Shown here piece after piece: positions 10,887 through 22,852 of a DNA stretch of 64,000 nucleotides (its first letter is position 1; the number at the start of each line of letters is the position of its first letter). Position numbers and translations under genes: made by a program. The DNA is from Enterobacter phage phiEap-3: sequence record KT321315.1. One strand, 5' to 3'. Under the pieces are notes generated by a model that ran no database searches, had not been told where the DNA came from, and was given only the letters and a program-made list of their open reading frames with translations.

Positions 10887-11633
10887 ATGCAAAATTGGGA
10901 TGAAAGTCTGTTTGCACAGTTAGAAGATGGTTCCGGCGTCGATCGGAACCTAAGACAAGAAGTAACAAACCCGTATGTTAACTGGTACAAGTATAACCCT
11001 ACTCAACAGTTACATGATTCACTAACAGCCGAAGCAATTCAAATGAAATCTCCGGATATGTATTACGTCCGTCGAGAATTTGTTAATATTGATAAAATTT
11101 TGGGTGAAGACCGTGAATCGAAGTTTACAAAATCGTGGAAAATTGCAGCATACATCGATTCGTATGCAAACTACGAAGGACAGAGAGACTTTTACAGCAA
11201 ATTTGGTATGATGTCAAACGATGAAATGACACTTGTGATCAATCCTCGTTTATTTGCACATCAAACCGATGGCGGGATCCCTGTTCTGGGAGATTTGATT
11301 TATTTCCCTATGGATAACAGCCTGTTTGAAATTACATGGATTGAGTTTGACCCGTTCTTCCAGTTCGGCGATCGTCCTCAACGTAAAATCAACCTCGTTA
11401 AATTTATCTATACTGGTGAAGAATTGGATCCTAAACTGCAACGAAATGAAGGGATTAACCTTGCTCCCGATGCTGATCTGGATCTCGAACCTATTCGAAA
11501 TCTTGATGGATTGGCTGATACCAATATTGAACAGTACGAAGAAGATCAAGCCTTTGAAGATGAAGGCGATGAATTCATTGAATCGTTTGATGTTGTTAAC
11601 GGGCGCGGATCACCGTTCGCACAGTTCCCATAA
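10887..11633 (+). CDS. 14: Neck protein gp14
   Basis: 248 aa versus 256 aa in T4. AGGAGGAAAAATG ribosome-binding site. Synteny. Confidence 0.7.
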   Translation: MQNWDESLFAQLEDGSGVDRNLRQEVTNPYVNWYKYNPTQQLHDSLTAEAIQMKSPDMYYVRREFVNIDKILGEDRESKFTKSWKIAAYIDSYANYEGQRDFYSKFGMMSNDEMTLVINPRLFAHQTDGGIPVLGDLIYFPMDNSLFEITWIEFDPFFQFGDRPQRKINLVKFIYTGEELDPKLQRNEGINLAPDADLDLEPIRNLDGLADTNIEQYEEDQAFEDEGDEFIESFDVVNGRGSPFAQFP

Positions 11634-11636
11634 ATA
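11629..11636 (+). promoter_or_regulatory. Late-promoter-like CATAAATA (gene 15)
   Basis: 7/8 match overlapping the gp14 stop. Confidence 0.3.
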
Positions 11637-11713
11637 TAACCAGGGGAAACCCTATACATGTAAGGGTATAGGAGAAATCTTATACCCGCTTTAACCCATA
11701 CAGGAAAAAGAAA

Positions 11714-12537
11714 ATGTTTGGCTACTGGTATAATAGTTCGCTGCGAAATTATATTGTCTTGATGGGTTGTCTTTTCAATCACGTGCAAGTTAAACGCATT
11801 CGCGGCGAACAAGAAAAATTTATCAAGGTTCCGATTACCTACGCATCAAAAGAAAAATTCCTGGCATCCATGAACAAGCTGAACTATGCATACAGTCAGG
11901 AAAATGTTGCTAAAACGGAAACAATTTTACCACGTATGAATCTATCTCTCGTTGATTTGCAGTATAACGCAATTCGTAAAACTGGGATCGCGGTAAACCA
12001 AAAAATGACGCAGTTACGCGCACCTGGAAAAACAGTAACGCAGTTTAACCCTGCTCCGTATCGTCTCATGTTCGAACTGGGAGTGTATACCCGTTACGAA
12101 GATGATGTGTTTCAGATCATAGAACAGATACTGCCATACTTCCAGCCGCATTTCAACTGTCGTATTACAGAATTACATAAAAACGACATTAAAATAGACC
12201 GAGATATTAAAATATCTCTGCAATCTGTTTCCCCTGATACATCGTTTGAAGGTGATGCAACGACACGGCGACACATTGAATGGTCTTTAATGTTTGAATT
12301 ACAGGGCTACCTGTATCCGCCTGTTAACGAGATTAAAGGCGAGATCAGAACAGTATACACGGATTTCTTTTCCAATATGAACCCGTTGGACAAAGACAAT
12401 TTTGAATCCGTTGATGCTCAGGTGGATCCGGTTGATATGCCTATACAGGATTACACGGGAGAAGAATACATTAAAACGTATGCTAATGATATCCCAATTC
12501 CTAGCGGTGATCAACCTCCTAAACCGAGGGGCCAATA

Positions 12538-12538
<1 letters not shown>
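11714..12538 (+). CDS. 15: Tail sheath stabiliser / tail completion protein gp15
   Basis: 274 aa versus 272 aa in T4. Synteny between gp14 and gp16. Confidence 0.7.
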
Positions 12539-14878
<2,340 letters not shown>

Positions 14879-14894
14879 TAGAGGAAACTTAATA

Positions 14895-16886
14895 ATGGCT
14901 TTAATCTCTCCAGGCATTGAAACTAAAGAAACATCGGTACAATCTACCGTTGTTCGAAATTCAACTGGTCGTGCTGCTATTGTTGGTAAATTTTCATGGG
15001 GGCCAGCTTACCAGATCCGTCAGATTTCTAACGAAGTCGAACTGGTAAATTATTTTGGCTCCCCAGACAATGACACCGCTGATTATTTCATGAACGCTGT
15101 AAACTTTTTACAGTTCGGTCAGGATCTGCGTGTTGTTCGTGTCGTCGATAAAGAAGCCGCAAAAAACGCAACCGCGATCTATAATCAGATCAAAACCACG
15201 ATCACCGCTGCTGGTTCTAACTATGCAGTAGACGATCAGATCAAAGTTAAACACAATAACGTTGTTATTGAAGAAGATGGTGCTGTTACAAGCGTTGATG
15301 ATCAGGGTAAAATCCTGTCTGTGTTCATTCCGAGCACTAAGATCATCGAACACGCTAAACAGGTTGGTGTATATCCGGATCTATCTAGTGGCTGGACTAC
15401 AGAAATCATTTCCAGTTCTTCTGGTGTTTCTGCTACGATTACAATCGACGGCGTAGAAGTTGATTCGGGTATTACTCTGCTCAACCTTGACACCGCAAAA
15501 GAAACTATTCAGGCAACTGATTTCCAGGAACTTTGCACCAAATATCAGCTACCGTCTGTTATTGCAATTTATCCGGGCGAAATGGGTAGCACCGTAACGG
15601 TTGAAATTCTGTCTAAAGCTGCATACGATTCTTCGGCTGTCATTAAGTCTTATCCTTCTGGTAAGTCTGGTAAAAACAGCGGTCGCAGTTCGATGAACTT
15701 TGGCCCTCAGAATGATAACCAATACGCGTTTATCGTTCGCCGTGGTGGTATTATCCAAGAAACGTTTATCGTGTCAACCGCTAAAGGTGATAAAGATATC
15801 TACGGTTCAACGATCTACATGGATGATTTCTTTGCAAACGGTGGTTCTCAGTATCTGTATGGTACGTCCCTAAACTGGCCTGTCGGATTCTCCGGCGTTC
15901 TGGAACTGGGCGGCGGTACTTCTGCAAACGCCACTGTAGGCGCTGATGAACTCATGGCTGGTTGGGATATGTTCGCAGATCGTGAATCTCTGCATGTTCC
16001 TCTGCTGATTGCGGGTGCTTGTGCTGGCGAAACTGCCGAAATTTCGTCTACTGTACAGAAACACGCTGTGTCTATCGGTGAAACCCGTTCAGATTGCGTT
16101 GTATTCGTTTCTCCGCCGCGTTCTGCTCTGGTTAATATCCCACTGGCTCAGGCCGTTGATAACCTCGTAGAATGGCGTACAGGCTACAAAATCGGTAATA
16201 CTACCCCAGTTGATAACAACATGAACGTAAGTTCAAGTTATGCGTTCATCGACGGTAACTATAAGTTCCAGTATGATAAATACAACGATGTTAACCGTTG
16301 GATCCCGCTCGCGGGTGATATGGCTGGCCTCTGTGTTTATACCGATCAGGTATCGCAACCGTGGATGTCTCCGGCTGGCTACAACCGTGGTCAACTGCGT
16401 AACTGCATCAAACTGGCTATCGAACCGACTAACGCACATCGCGATTCTATGTACCAGGTACAGATTAACGCGGTTACTGGTTTCTCTGGTGGTGCTGGAT
16501 ACATTCTGTACGGTGATAAAACCGCAACGACTGTTCCAAGCCCGTTTGACCGTATCAACGTTCGTCGCTTGTTCAACATGATCAAGAAAGACATCGGCGA
16601 TAACGCGAAATATAAACTGTTCGAGAATAACGATGATTTCACTCGTTCTTCCTTCCGTATGGATGCAGGACAGTATATGTCTAACGTTCGCGCTCTGGGC
16701 GGTGTATACGATTACCGTGTGGTTTGTGACACCACGAACAACACGCCGGATGTTATTGATCGCAATGAGTTTATTGCATCAATCTACGTCAAACCAGCAC
16801 GTTCTATCAACTACATCACACTGAACTTCGTAGCAACCTCAACTGGTGCGGATTTCGATGAGTTGATTGGATCAACGTCAGTATAA
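14895..16886 (+). CDS. 18: Tail sheath protein gp18
   Basis: The internal Met gives 'MALISPGIETKETSVQSTVV', matching the T4 gp18 N-terminus. The C-terminus 'SINYITLNFVATSTGADFDEL' matches T4. AATAATG ribosome-binding site after the gp17 stop. Confidence 0.9.
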   Translation: MALISPGIETKETSVQSTVVRNSTGRAAIVGKFSWGPAYQIRQISNEVELVNYFGSPDNDTADYFMNAVNFLQFGQDLRVVRVVDKEAAKNATAIYNQIKTTITAAGSNYAVDDQIKVKHNNVVIEEDGAVTSVDDQGKILSVFIPSTKIIEHAKQVGVYPDLSSGWTTEIISSSSGVSATITIDGVEVDSGITLLNLDTAKETIQATDFQELCTKYQLPSVIAIYPGEMGSTVTVEILSKAAYDSSAVIKSYPSGKSGKNSGRSSMNFGPQNDNQYAFIVRRGGIIQETFIVSTAKGDKDIYGSTIYMDDFFANGGSQYLYGTSLNWPVGFSGVLELGGGTSANATVGADELMAGWDMFADRESLHVPLLIAGACAGETAEISSTVQKHAVSIGETRSDCVVFVSPPRSALVNIPLAQAVDNLVEWRTGYKIGNTTPVDNNMNVSSSYAFIDGNYKFQYDKYNDVNRWIPLAGDMAGLCVYTDQVSQPWMSPAGYNRGQLRNCIKLAIEPTNAHRDSMYQVQINAVTGFSGGAGYILYGDKTATTVPSPFDRINVRRLFNMIKKDIGDNAKYKLFENNDDFTRSSFRMDAGQYMSNVRALGGVYDYRVVCDTTNNTPDVIDRNEFIASIYVKPARSINYITLNFVATSTGADFDELIGSTSV

Positions 16887-16891
16887 CATGT

Positions 16892-16910
16892 AAGGGGCTG
16901 AAAAGCCCCT
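16892..16910 (+). terminator. Hairpin after gp18
   Basis: AGGGGCT-GAAA-AGCCCCT. Confidence 0.55.
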
Positions 16911-16917
16911 ATAAATA
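16910..16917 (+). promoter_or_regulatory. T4-type late promoter TATAAATA (gene 19)
   Basis: Exact TATAAATA ~18 nt upstream of the gp19 ATG, immediately after the gp18 terminator hairpin. Confidence 0.75.
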
Positions 16918-16934
16918 CACATAGAGGTTAGAAA

Positions 16935-17420
16935 ATGCTTACTGATATTGTACGCGCCTTTGAATCCGGTGATTTCGCACGTCCGAACCTGTTCGAAGTA
17001 GAGATCCCGTACCTGGGCAAAAACTTTAAATTAAAATGTAAAGCCGCTACTATGCCAGCGTCTACCGTTGAAAAAGTTCCGGTAGGTTACATGAACCGCA
17101 AAATTAACGTTGCTGGTGACCGTACCTATGATGACTGGACAATCACGGTATATAACGACGATGCACACACAACCCGTGATGCAATCGTAGCATGGTCAAA
17201 CATGCTGCATGGTATGGGTGAAGACATTACAGGGGATATCCCTGCAAACTACAAAAAAACCGCTACGGTTAAACAGAAAAACCGTAACGACGAAGTAACC
17301 GCCGAACATACCATTTATGGCCTGTTCCCGACCAACGTTGGTGAGGTTACTTTAGACTGGGATAGCAACAACGAAGTGAGCACTTTTGAGTGTACTTTCG
17401 CGCTAGACTGGTGGGTTTAA
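16935..17420 (+). CDS. 19: Tail tube protein gp19
   Basis: 161 aa versus 163 aa in T4. Preceded by a TATAAATA late promoter. Synteny. Confidence 0.85.
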   Translation: MLTDIVRAFESGDFARPNLFEVEIPYLGKNFKLKCKAATMPASTVEKVPVGYMNRKINVAGDRTYDDWTITVYNDDAHTTRDAIVAWSNMLHGMGEDITGDIPANYKKTATVKQKNRNDEVTAEHTIYGLFPTNVGEVTLDWDSNNEVSTFECTFALDWWV

Positions 17421-17424
17421 ACGC

Positions 17425-17432
17425 TATAAATA
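17425..17432 (+). promoter_or_regulatory. T4-type late promoter TATAAATA (gene 20)
   Basis: Exact octamer after the gp19 stop, followed by a hairpin. Confidence 0.7.
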
Positions 17433-17433
17433 C

Positions 17434-17460
17434 AGGGGTAGCAATACCCCTTATCATTAT
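17434..17460 (+). terminator. Hairpin after gp19
   Basis: AGGGGTA-GCAA-TACCCCT followed by a T-rich tract. Confidence 0.5.
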
Positions 17461-17475
17461 TTTTCGGAGTTGTAA

Positions 17476-19050
17476 ATGAACTTTTTTGGATTAGACAATG
17501 TGTTAGGGTTTTTCAAAAATTTCGCCAAACAGGATGAAATGGAATTTGAAGCCCAATTAAAAGATGATACAGGTTCGATTGCGCCTCCGAAAAATAACGA
17601 TGGGGCGCACGAAATCGAAACGGACTTATCAAACCAGCGTTATTCTTCTGTGTTCCAACAGTTCTATTCCGGACAGGATCCGCGAATTCAGAACAAAACA
17701 CAGCTAATAAATACATACCGTGGGATCATGACATATCCGGAAGTGGAAAACGCTGTTTCTGAAATCATTAACGAAGCAATTGTTAATGAACAAGGAAAAG
17801 ATATTGTTACGATGGATCTTACTAAAACGAATTTTAGTAAAAATATCCAAGATAAGATCATGGAAGAACTCGATACCGTAATGAATATTCACGATTTCGA
17901 TAACCGAGGCTCTCGTTTATTCCGTGATTGGTATGTTGATTCGCGTATCTATTTCCATAAAATCATGCACAAAAATGAAGCTGACGGCATCAAAGAATTA
18001 CGCCAGTTAGATCCCCGTTGCATGGAACTGATCCGAGAATCGGTTACAGAAACCCTACCCGGTGGGGTTAAAATTTTCCGTGGCTATCGTGAATACTTCG
18101 TATACACCGCACCGAAAAACGGTTATAGCTACAACGGACAGATTTATAGTCACAATGACAAGGTAAAAATTCCTCGCTCTGCGATTGTTTACGCTCATAG
18201 CGGCCTTGAGGATTGCGACAACAACATTATAGGCTACCTGCACCGCGCGGTCAAGCCAGCTAACCAGTTGCGTTTGCTGGAAGATGCTATGGTGATTTAC
18301 CGTATTACCCGTGCGCCTGAACGTCGTGTGTTCTATATCGACGTAGGTCAGATGGGTGGCCCTAAAGCTACACAGTACGTAAATAACATTGCACAGGGCT
18401 TAAAAAACCGTGTTGTATATGACGCGAGCACTGGTAAAGTTAAGAATCAGCAAAATAACCTGTCAATGACAGAGGATTATTGGCTGATGCGTCGTGATGG
18501 TAAAGCAGTTACCGAAGTTTCAACGCTTCCTGGTGGCACTGCCTTCTCTGATATCGACGATGTTAAATGGTTTAACCGTAAGCTGTATGAAGCGTTACGT
18601 ATTCCGTTAAGCCGTATGCCTCGCGATGATGGCGGTATCCAGTTGGGTAACGATGGCGGTATTACCCGCGACGAATTGAACTTTAGCAAATTTATTCGCG
18701 AATTGCAAATTCAATTCAACCCTGTTCTTGCGGATCCGTTAAAAACTAACTTGATCGCGAAGAAAATCATTACAGAAGATGAATGGGATGAAAACGTAAG
18801 TAAGATTGCTTTTGTATATCAGCAAGATTCTTACTATTCCGAAATCAAAGATATTGAGATTTTGGAACGCCGTTTAAACCTGATGGGCCAACTTGAAGGG
18901 GTGGTCGGCAAATATATCTCCCATAAATACGTAATGAAAGAAGTTCTCCGGATGTCTGATGAGGAAATTCAAAGCGAAGCCAAACAGATAGAAGAAGAAT
19001 CAAAAGAAGAACGTTTTAAAAATCCAGAAGCGGAAGAGGAAAACTTTTGA
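17476..19050 (+). CDS. 20: Portal vertex protein gp20
   Basis: 524 aa, identical in length to T4 gp20. Late promoter upstream. Synteny. Confidence 0.9.
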   Translation: MNFFGLDNVLGFFKNFAKQDEMEFEAQLKDDTGSIAPPKNNDGAHEIETDLSNQRYSSVFQQFYSGQDPRIQNKTQLINTYRGIMTYPEVENAVSEIINEAIVNEQGKDIVTMDLTKTNFSKNIQDKIMEELDTVMNIHDFDNRGSRLFRDWYVDSRIYFHKIMHKNEADGIKELRQLDPRCMELIRESVTETLPGGVKIFRGYREYFVYTAPKNGYSYNGQIYSHNDKVKIPRSAIVYAHSGLEDCDNNIIGYLHRAVKPANQLRLLEDAMVIYRITRAPERRVFYIDVGQMGGPKATQYVNNIAQGLKNRVVYDASTGKVKNQQNNLSMTEDYWLMRRDGKAVTEVSTLPGGTAFSDIDDVKWFNRKLYEALRIPLSRMPRDDGGIQLGNDGGITRDELNFSKFIRELQIQFNPVLADPLKTNLIAKKIITEDEWDENVSKIAFVYQQDSYYSEIKDIEILERRLNLMGQLEGVVGKYISHKYVMKEVLRMSDEEIQSEAKQIEEESKEERFKNPEAEEENF

Positions 19051-19292
19051 TGAAAGAATTTATCGAAGCAATCAAAAGCGGTAATCTGGTGGAAGCTAAA
19101 AAAACTTTTTACTCCATCATGGAAGACCGCACAGAAGCGCTTCGTCACGAATTACGCGTTGAACTTGCCGAAGCTGTACGCATCGAAGGCGAAGAAGACA
19201 AAGAAAAAGACGACGAAGGCGCTGATAAAGATGACGAAAAGGGCGATAAAAAGCCAGCCGAGGATGATAAATCCGATAAAGATGATGAGTGA
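19047..19292 (+). CDS. 67: Prohead core protein gp67
   Basis: 81 aa. Acidic D/E/K-rich C-terminus as in T4 gp67. ATGA overlap with gp20. Confidence 0.7.
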   Translation: MMKEFIEAIKSGNLVEAKKTFYSIMEDRTEALRHELRVELAEAVRIEGEEDKEKDDEGADKDDEKGDKKPAEDDKSDKDDE

Positions 19293-19301
19293 GGTGTGTA
19301 A

Positions 19302-19706
19302 ATGCAACTTGACATCGAAATCACCGCCGAAGATCTCCAGGAACATTTAGACGAAGCGAAAGCCCGTGTAGATATTCTGGGTATCGATGAAGGCACGGTT
19401 AAAATCATCGAAAATTTGGCGGTCACCGAACCAAATTTAGCCCTTGCTATGATGGCGGTTGTTGAAGGTTTAACACTTGATGAGGTAATTGTCAAGCATG
19501 TTGATTCCCGTGGCAACGTAGAACGCCTCAAAGACAGGAAAACCCGTGAGCGTAATGCGTATCAGACGACCGGATTAACTAAATCCCAACGTCGCCAGAT
19601 CGCGCGTCGTGCTCTCAAAACAAAACGTGCTAACCCGTCAATTGCTACTCGCGCACAACGTAAGCGCAAGAAAGCATTGCGTAAACGTGCTGCACTGGGG
19701 CTATAA
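19302..19706 (+). CDS. 68: Prohead core protein gp68
   Basis: 134 aa versus 141 aa in T4. Basic C-terminus. Lies between gp67 and gp21. Confidence 0.7.
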   Translation: MQLDIEITAEDLQEHLDEAKARVDILGIDEGTVKIIENLAVTEPNLALAMMAVVEGLTLDEVIVKHVDSRGNVERLKDRKTRERNAYQTTGLTKSQRRQIARRALKTKRANPSIATRAQRKRKKALRKRAALGL

Positions 19707-19709
19707 ATA
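19702..19709 (+). promoter_or_regulatory. TATAAATA late-promoter motif overlapping gp68 stop / gp21 start
   Basis: GGCTATAAATATG: the stop codon of gene 68 lies inside the octamer. It may serve downstream genes. Confidence 0.5.
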
Positions 19710-20356
19710 TGAATGAATCCCAAATCAACGAAAACGGCGATATGCTTTTAATCGAAGAATGGGGTTTACCTTGCGGTGACGTTTCAGAATCTATTTTAGA
19801 ATCTGTTGGGGAATCAAAAGACGGTAAATTACGGATCGAAGGTATTTTCCTTCAAGCCGAAAAGGTTAACCGTAACCGTCGTTTGTATCCTAAAAACGTA
19901 CTTGAAGAAGCAGTTAACGATTATATTAGAACTCAAGTTAACACCCGTCAAGCATTAGGTGAAATGAATCACCCTCCGCGCCCGAATGTGGATCCGCGAA
20001 ATGCTTGCATCCTGATTGAAAAATTGTGGTGGAAGGGTAACGATGTTTGGGGCCGCGCTGTTGTTGTTGAAGGCGACGGTGGTGATGGTGACAAACTGGC
20101 GGCGTTGATTCGTGCTGGTTGGGTTCCTGGTGTTTCTTCCCGTGGATTAGGTAAGCTCTCCGATTCCGGCAAAGGCTACGGCGTTGTACAAAAGGGCTTT
20201 AAATTAGCTGTAGGCGTTGATGTCGTCTGGGGGCCAAGCGCACCTGATGCATATGTTAAGCCTATAGTGGAAAATCAGCAAAGCAAACCGCTTGTTGAGA
20301 ATAATAGTGCTGATGACGCTTTTCGGGAATTGTCCGAGCGTTTGAAAGGTCTATAA
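19709..20356 (+). CDS. 21: Prohead core scaffold protease gp21
   Basis: 215 aa versus 212 aa in T4. Synteny 68-21-22. Confidence 0.8.
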   Translation: MNESQINENGDMLLIEEWGLPCGDVSESILESVGESKDGKLRIEGIFLQAEKVNRNRRLYPKNVLEEAVNDYIRTQVNTRQALGEMNHPPRPNVDPRNACILIEKLWWKGNDVWGRAVVVEGDGGDGDKLAALIRAGWVPGVSSRGLGKLSDSGKGYGVVQKGFKLAVGVDVVWGPSAPDAYVKPIVENQQSKPLVENNSADDAFRELSERLKGL

Positions 20357-20359
20357 ATA
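20352..20359 (+). promoter_or_regulatory. T4-type late promoter TATAAATA (gene 22)
   Basis: The gp21 stop lies inside the octamer, 30 nt upstream of the gp22 ATG. Confidence 0.7.
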
Positions 20360-20388
20360 CATTAAACAAAACAACAGGAAAATCAAAA

Positions 20389-21177
20389 ATGCTTAAAGAA
20401 CAACTGCTGGCGGAAGCCCAGAACCTGGATACTCCGGTCGAGTTAGACAGCATTTTCGAATCAGTTGAACTTTCTGATGACGTGAAAGCGACATTCACCA
20501 CTGTATTCGAACAAGCTGTAAAAGCTGGCGCTGCAAAACTCGCTGAATCCCACATTACCCAGATCGCGGAACGTTCCGATGAACTGGTCGAAGCTCAGGT
20601 AACTGAACGTGCCGCTGAAATCGAAACTAAGCTGTACGAAGATGCTGATAAATATTTTGCGCACATTTCCGAAGAATGGCTGAAAGAAAACAAAGAAGCC
20701 GTTTCCCGTGACATCAAAGCCGATCTGTTTGAATCCCTGATCATGGGCCTCAAAGAAGTTCTGGTTGAACATAACGTTGTCATTCCGGAAGAACAGGTTG
20801 ATGTAGTCGCCGAACTGGAAGACGAACTGACTGAGAATCAGCAGGAAGTTAAAACCCTGTTTGAAGCGAATCAGGAACTGACCAAAGAAATTTCAGAAAT
20901 GAAACGCAATGCAGTAGTTTCAGAGAAAACTAAAGGTTTGACCGAATCTCAGGTCGAAAAAGTAGAATCTCTGATTGAAGGGCTGGAATATTCCGCAACC
21001 TTCGAAAATAAACTCAGCGCAATTGTTGAAATGGTAGCAACCAAAGCTGAAAAACCCGTTGACGAGTCTGTAAATACTCCGCAAACGAAAGATGACTTTG
21101 TTCCGGTAGTTGAAAGTGTTCCGGCAGAGAAATCCAAGATCAATAAATATGTACAAGCGGCAAAAGCCCTTTCTTAA
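20389..21177 (+). CDS. 22: Prohead core scaffold protein gp22
   Basis: 262 aa versus 269 aa in T4. Highly acidic coiled-coil. TATAAATA lies ~30 nt upstream. Confidence 0.75.
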   Translation: MLKEQLLAEAQNLDTPVELDSIFESVELSDDVKATFTTVFEQAVKAGAAKLAESHITQIAERSDELVEAQVTERAAEIETKLYEDADKYFAHISEEWLKENKEAVSRDIKADLFESLIMGLKEVLVEHNVVIPEEQVDVVAELEDELTENQQEVKTLFEANQELTKEISEMKRNAVVSEKTKGLTESQVEKVESLIEGLEYSATFENKLSAIVEMVATKAEKPVDESVNTPQTKDDFVPVVESVPAEKSKINKYVQAAKALS

Positions 21178-21196
21178 TTTCAAAAGGTAAGAAACA

Positions 21197-22765
21197 ATGT
21201 CTAAGAAAAACGAATTGATGGAAAAATGGAACGATCTTCTGGAGTCTCAGGAAGGCTTACCGGATATCGCTACCAAATCCAAAAAACAACTGATTGCTGC
21301 CATTATGGAAGCACAGGAAAAAGACGCAGAAGTTGATCCGGTTTACCGCGACGAGAAAATCGTTGAATCCTTCGGTGGTTTCCTGGCGGAAGCTGAAATT
21401 GCTGGTGACCACGGTTACGACGCAACCAAAATCGCTTCTGGTAACTCAAGCGGTGCTATTACCAACATCGGCCCTGCTGTAATCGGTATGGTTCGCCGTG
21501 CGATTCCTAACCTGATCGCGTTCGATATCTGCGGTGTTCAGCCTATGACTGGCCCTACTGGTCAGGTGTTCGCTCTCCGCGCAGTGTACGGCAAAGATCC
21601 GCTGGCTTCCGGTGCTAAAGAAGCATTCCATCCGATGTTCTCTCCGGATAGCATGTACTCCGGTCAGGGCGCGGCTCCGAGCAACGGCTTTACCGAACTG
21701 GCTTCCGGTACTGCGATCGCTGACGGCGCTATCGTGTTCCACGATTTCGTTGAAACTGGTCGTGTGTTCCTCCAGAACGTTTCTGGCGCTCCGGTTACTG
21801 TAACTGGTTCTACCGACGATGCTCTGGATGCTGCTGTTATCGCCGAACAGGAAAAAGGTACTCTGGCTGAAATTTCTTACGGTATGGCTACCAGTGTAGC
21901 AGAACTGCAAGAACAGTTCAACGGTTCTACTGGCAACCCGTGGAACGAAATGGGCTTCCGTATCGATAAGCAGGTTATCGAAGCACGTAGCCGCCAACTG
22001 AAAGCACAGTACTCTGTAGAACTGGCTCAGGATCTCCGCGCTGTTCACGGTATGGACGCTGACGCCGAACTGTCTGCTATTCTGGCAACCGAAATCATGC
22101 TGGAAATCAACCGCGAAATCGTTGACATGATCAACTATACCGCACAGGTTGGTAAAACTGGTTTCACTCAGACCGTTGGCTCTAAAGCTGGTGCGTTTGA
22201 CTTCCAGGATCCGATTGATGTTCGTGGCGCTCGTTGGGCTGGTGAAAGCTACAAAGCTCTGCTGATTCAGATCGACAAAGAAGCAAACGAAATCGCACGT
22301 CAAACTGGTCGTGGTGCTGGTAACTTCATCATCGCTTCCCGTAACGTGGTTTCCGCTCTGGCTCGTATCGATAGCGGTATCACTCCGGCAGGTCAAGGTC
22401 TCCAGAAGACTCTGAACGTTGACACCACTAAAGCAGTATTCGCTGGTGTTCTGGGTGGCGTGTATAAAGTATACATCGACCAGTATGCACGTGGTGATTA
22501 CTTCACCGTGGGTTACAAAGGCGATAACGAAATGGATGCTGGTATCTACTACGCTCCGTATGTTGCGCTGACCCCGCTGCGTGGTTCTGATCCGAAGAAC
22601 TTCCAGCCAGTAATGGGCTTCAAAACTCGTTACGGTGTAGGTATCAACCCGTTTGCGAACTCTCGCTCTCAGGCTCCGTCCGACCGTATCACTTCTGGTA
22701 TGATTACCAAAGAAATGTTCGGTAAAAACGCATACTTCCGTAAAGTATACGTTAAAGGGCTGTAA
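21197..22765 (+). CDS. 23: Major capsid protein gp23
   Basis: 522 aa versus 521 aa in T4. Strong codon bias typical of highly expressed genes. Followed by a strong terminator. Confidence 0.95.
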   Translation: MSKKNELMEKWNDLLESQEGLPDIATKSKKQLIAAIMEAQEKDAEVDPVYRDEKIVESFGGFLAEAEIAGDHGYDATKIASGNSSGAITNIGPAVIGMVRRAIPNLIAFDICGVQPMTGPTGQVFALRAVYGKDPLASGAKEAFHPMFSPDSMYSGQGAAPSNGFTELASGTAIADGAIVFHDFVETGRVFLQNVSGAPVTVTGSTDDALDAAVIAEQEKGTLAEISYGMATSVAELQEQFNGSTGNPWNEMGFRIDKQVIEARSRQLKAQYSVELAQDLRAVHGMDADAELSAILATEIMLEINREIVDMINYTAQVGKTGFTQTVGSKAGAFDFQDPIDVRGARWAGESYKALLIQIDKEANEIARQTGRGAGNFIIASRNVVSALARIDSGITPAGQGLQKTLNVDTTKAVFAGVLGGVYKVYIDQYARGDYFTVGYKGDNEMDAGIYYAPYVALTPLRGSDPKNFQPVMGFKTRYGVGINPFANSRSQAPSDRITSGMITKEMFGKNAYFRKVYVKGL

Positions 22766-22783
22766 TAGCCAACTTTTCCAAGA

Positions 22784-22808
22784 GGGAACCGCAAGGTTCC
22801 CTTTTTTA
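22784..22808 (+). terminator. Rho-independent terminator after gp23
   Basis: GGGAACC-GCAA-GGTTCCC followed by TTTTTT. Confidence 0.8.
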
Positions 22809-22811
22809 TTA

Positions 22812-22819
22812 CATAAATA
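22812..22819 (+). promoter_or_regulatory. Late-promoter-like CATAAATA (gene 24)
   Basis: 7/8 match located after the gp23 terminator and before gp24. Confidence 0.4.
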
Positions 22820-22852
22820 AAGAAAAGTTTGTCAATAACGCAGGAACATAAA

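Noticed and set aside
19145-19531. 128-aa Ser-rich ORF antisense to gp67/gp68, and other antisense ORFs inside gp7, gp10, gp17, gp18, gp20, gp34 and gp37
   Set aside because: They are low-complexity antisense frames of conserved structural genes. There is no independent start signal.
21446-22396. 316-aa ORF antisense to gp23
   Set aside because: It lies entirely inside the highly conserved major capsid gene on the opposite strand. It is Ser/Thr/Cys-rich with no ribosome-binding site, which is typical of an antisense artefact in a codon-biased gene.
22829-22852. N-terminal extensions from the ORF-track starts at 22829, 9939, 14826, 40726, 46444, 48701 and 52507
   Set aside because: The track starts are TTG/GTG codons or lack a ribosome-binding site. 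Internal ATGs with Shine-Dalgarno sequences match the T4 N-termini.
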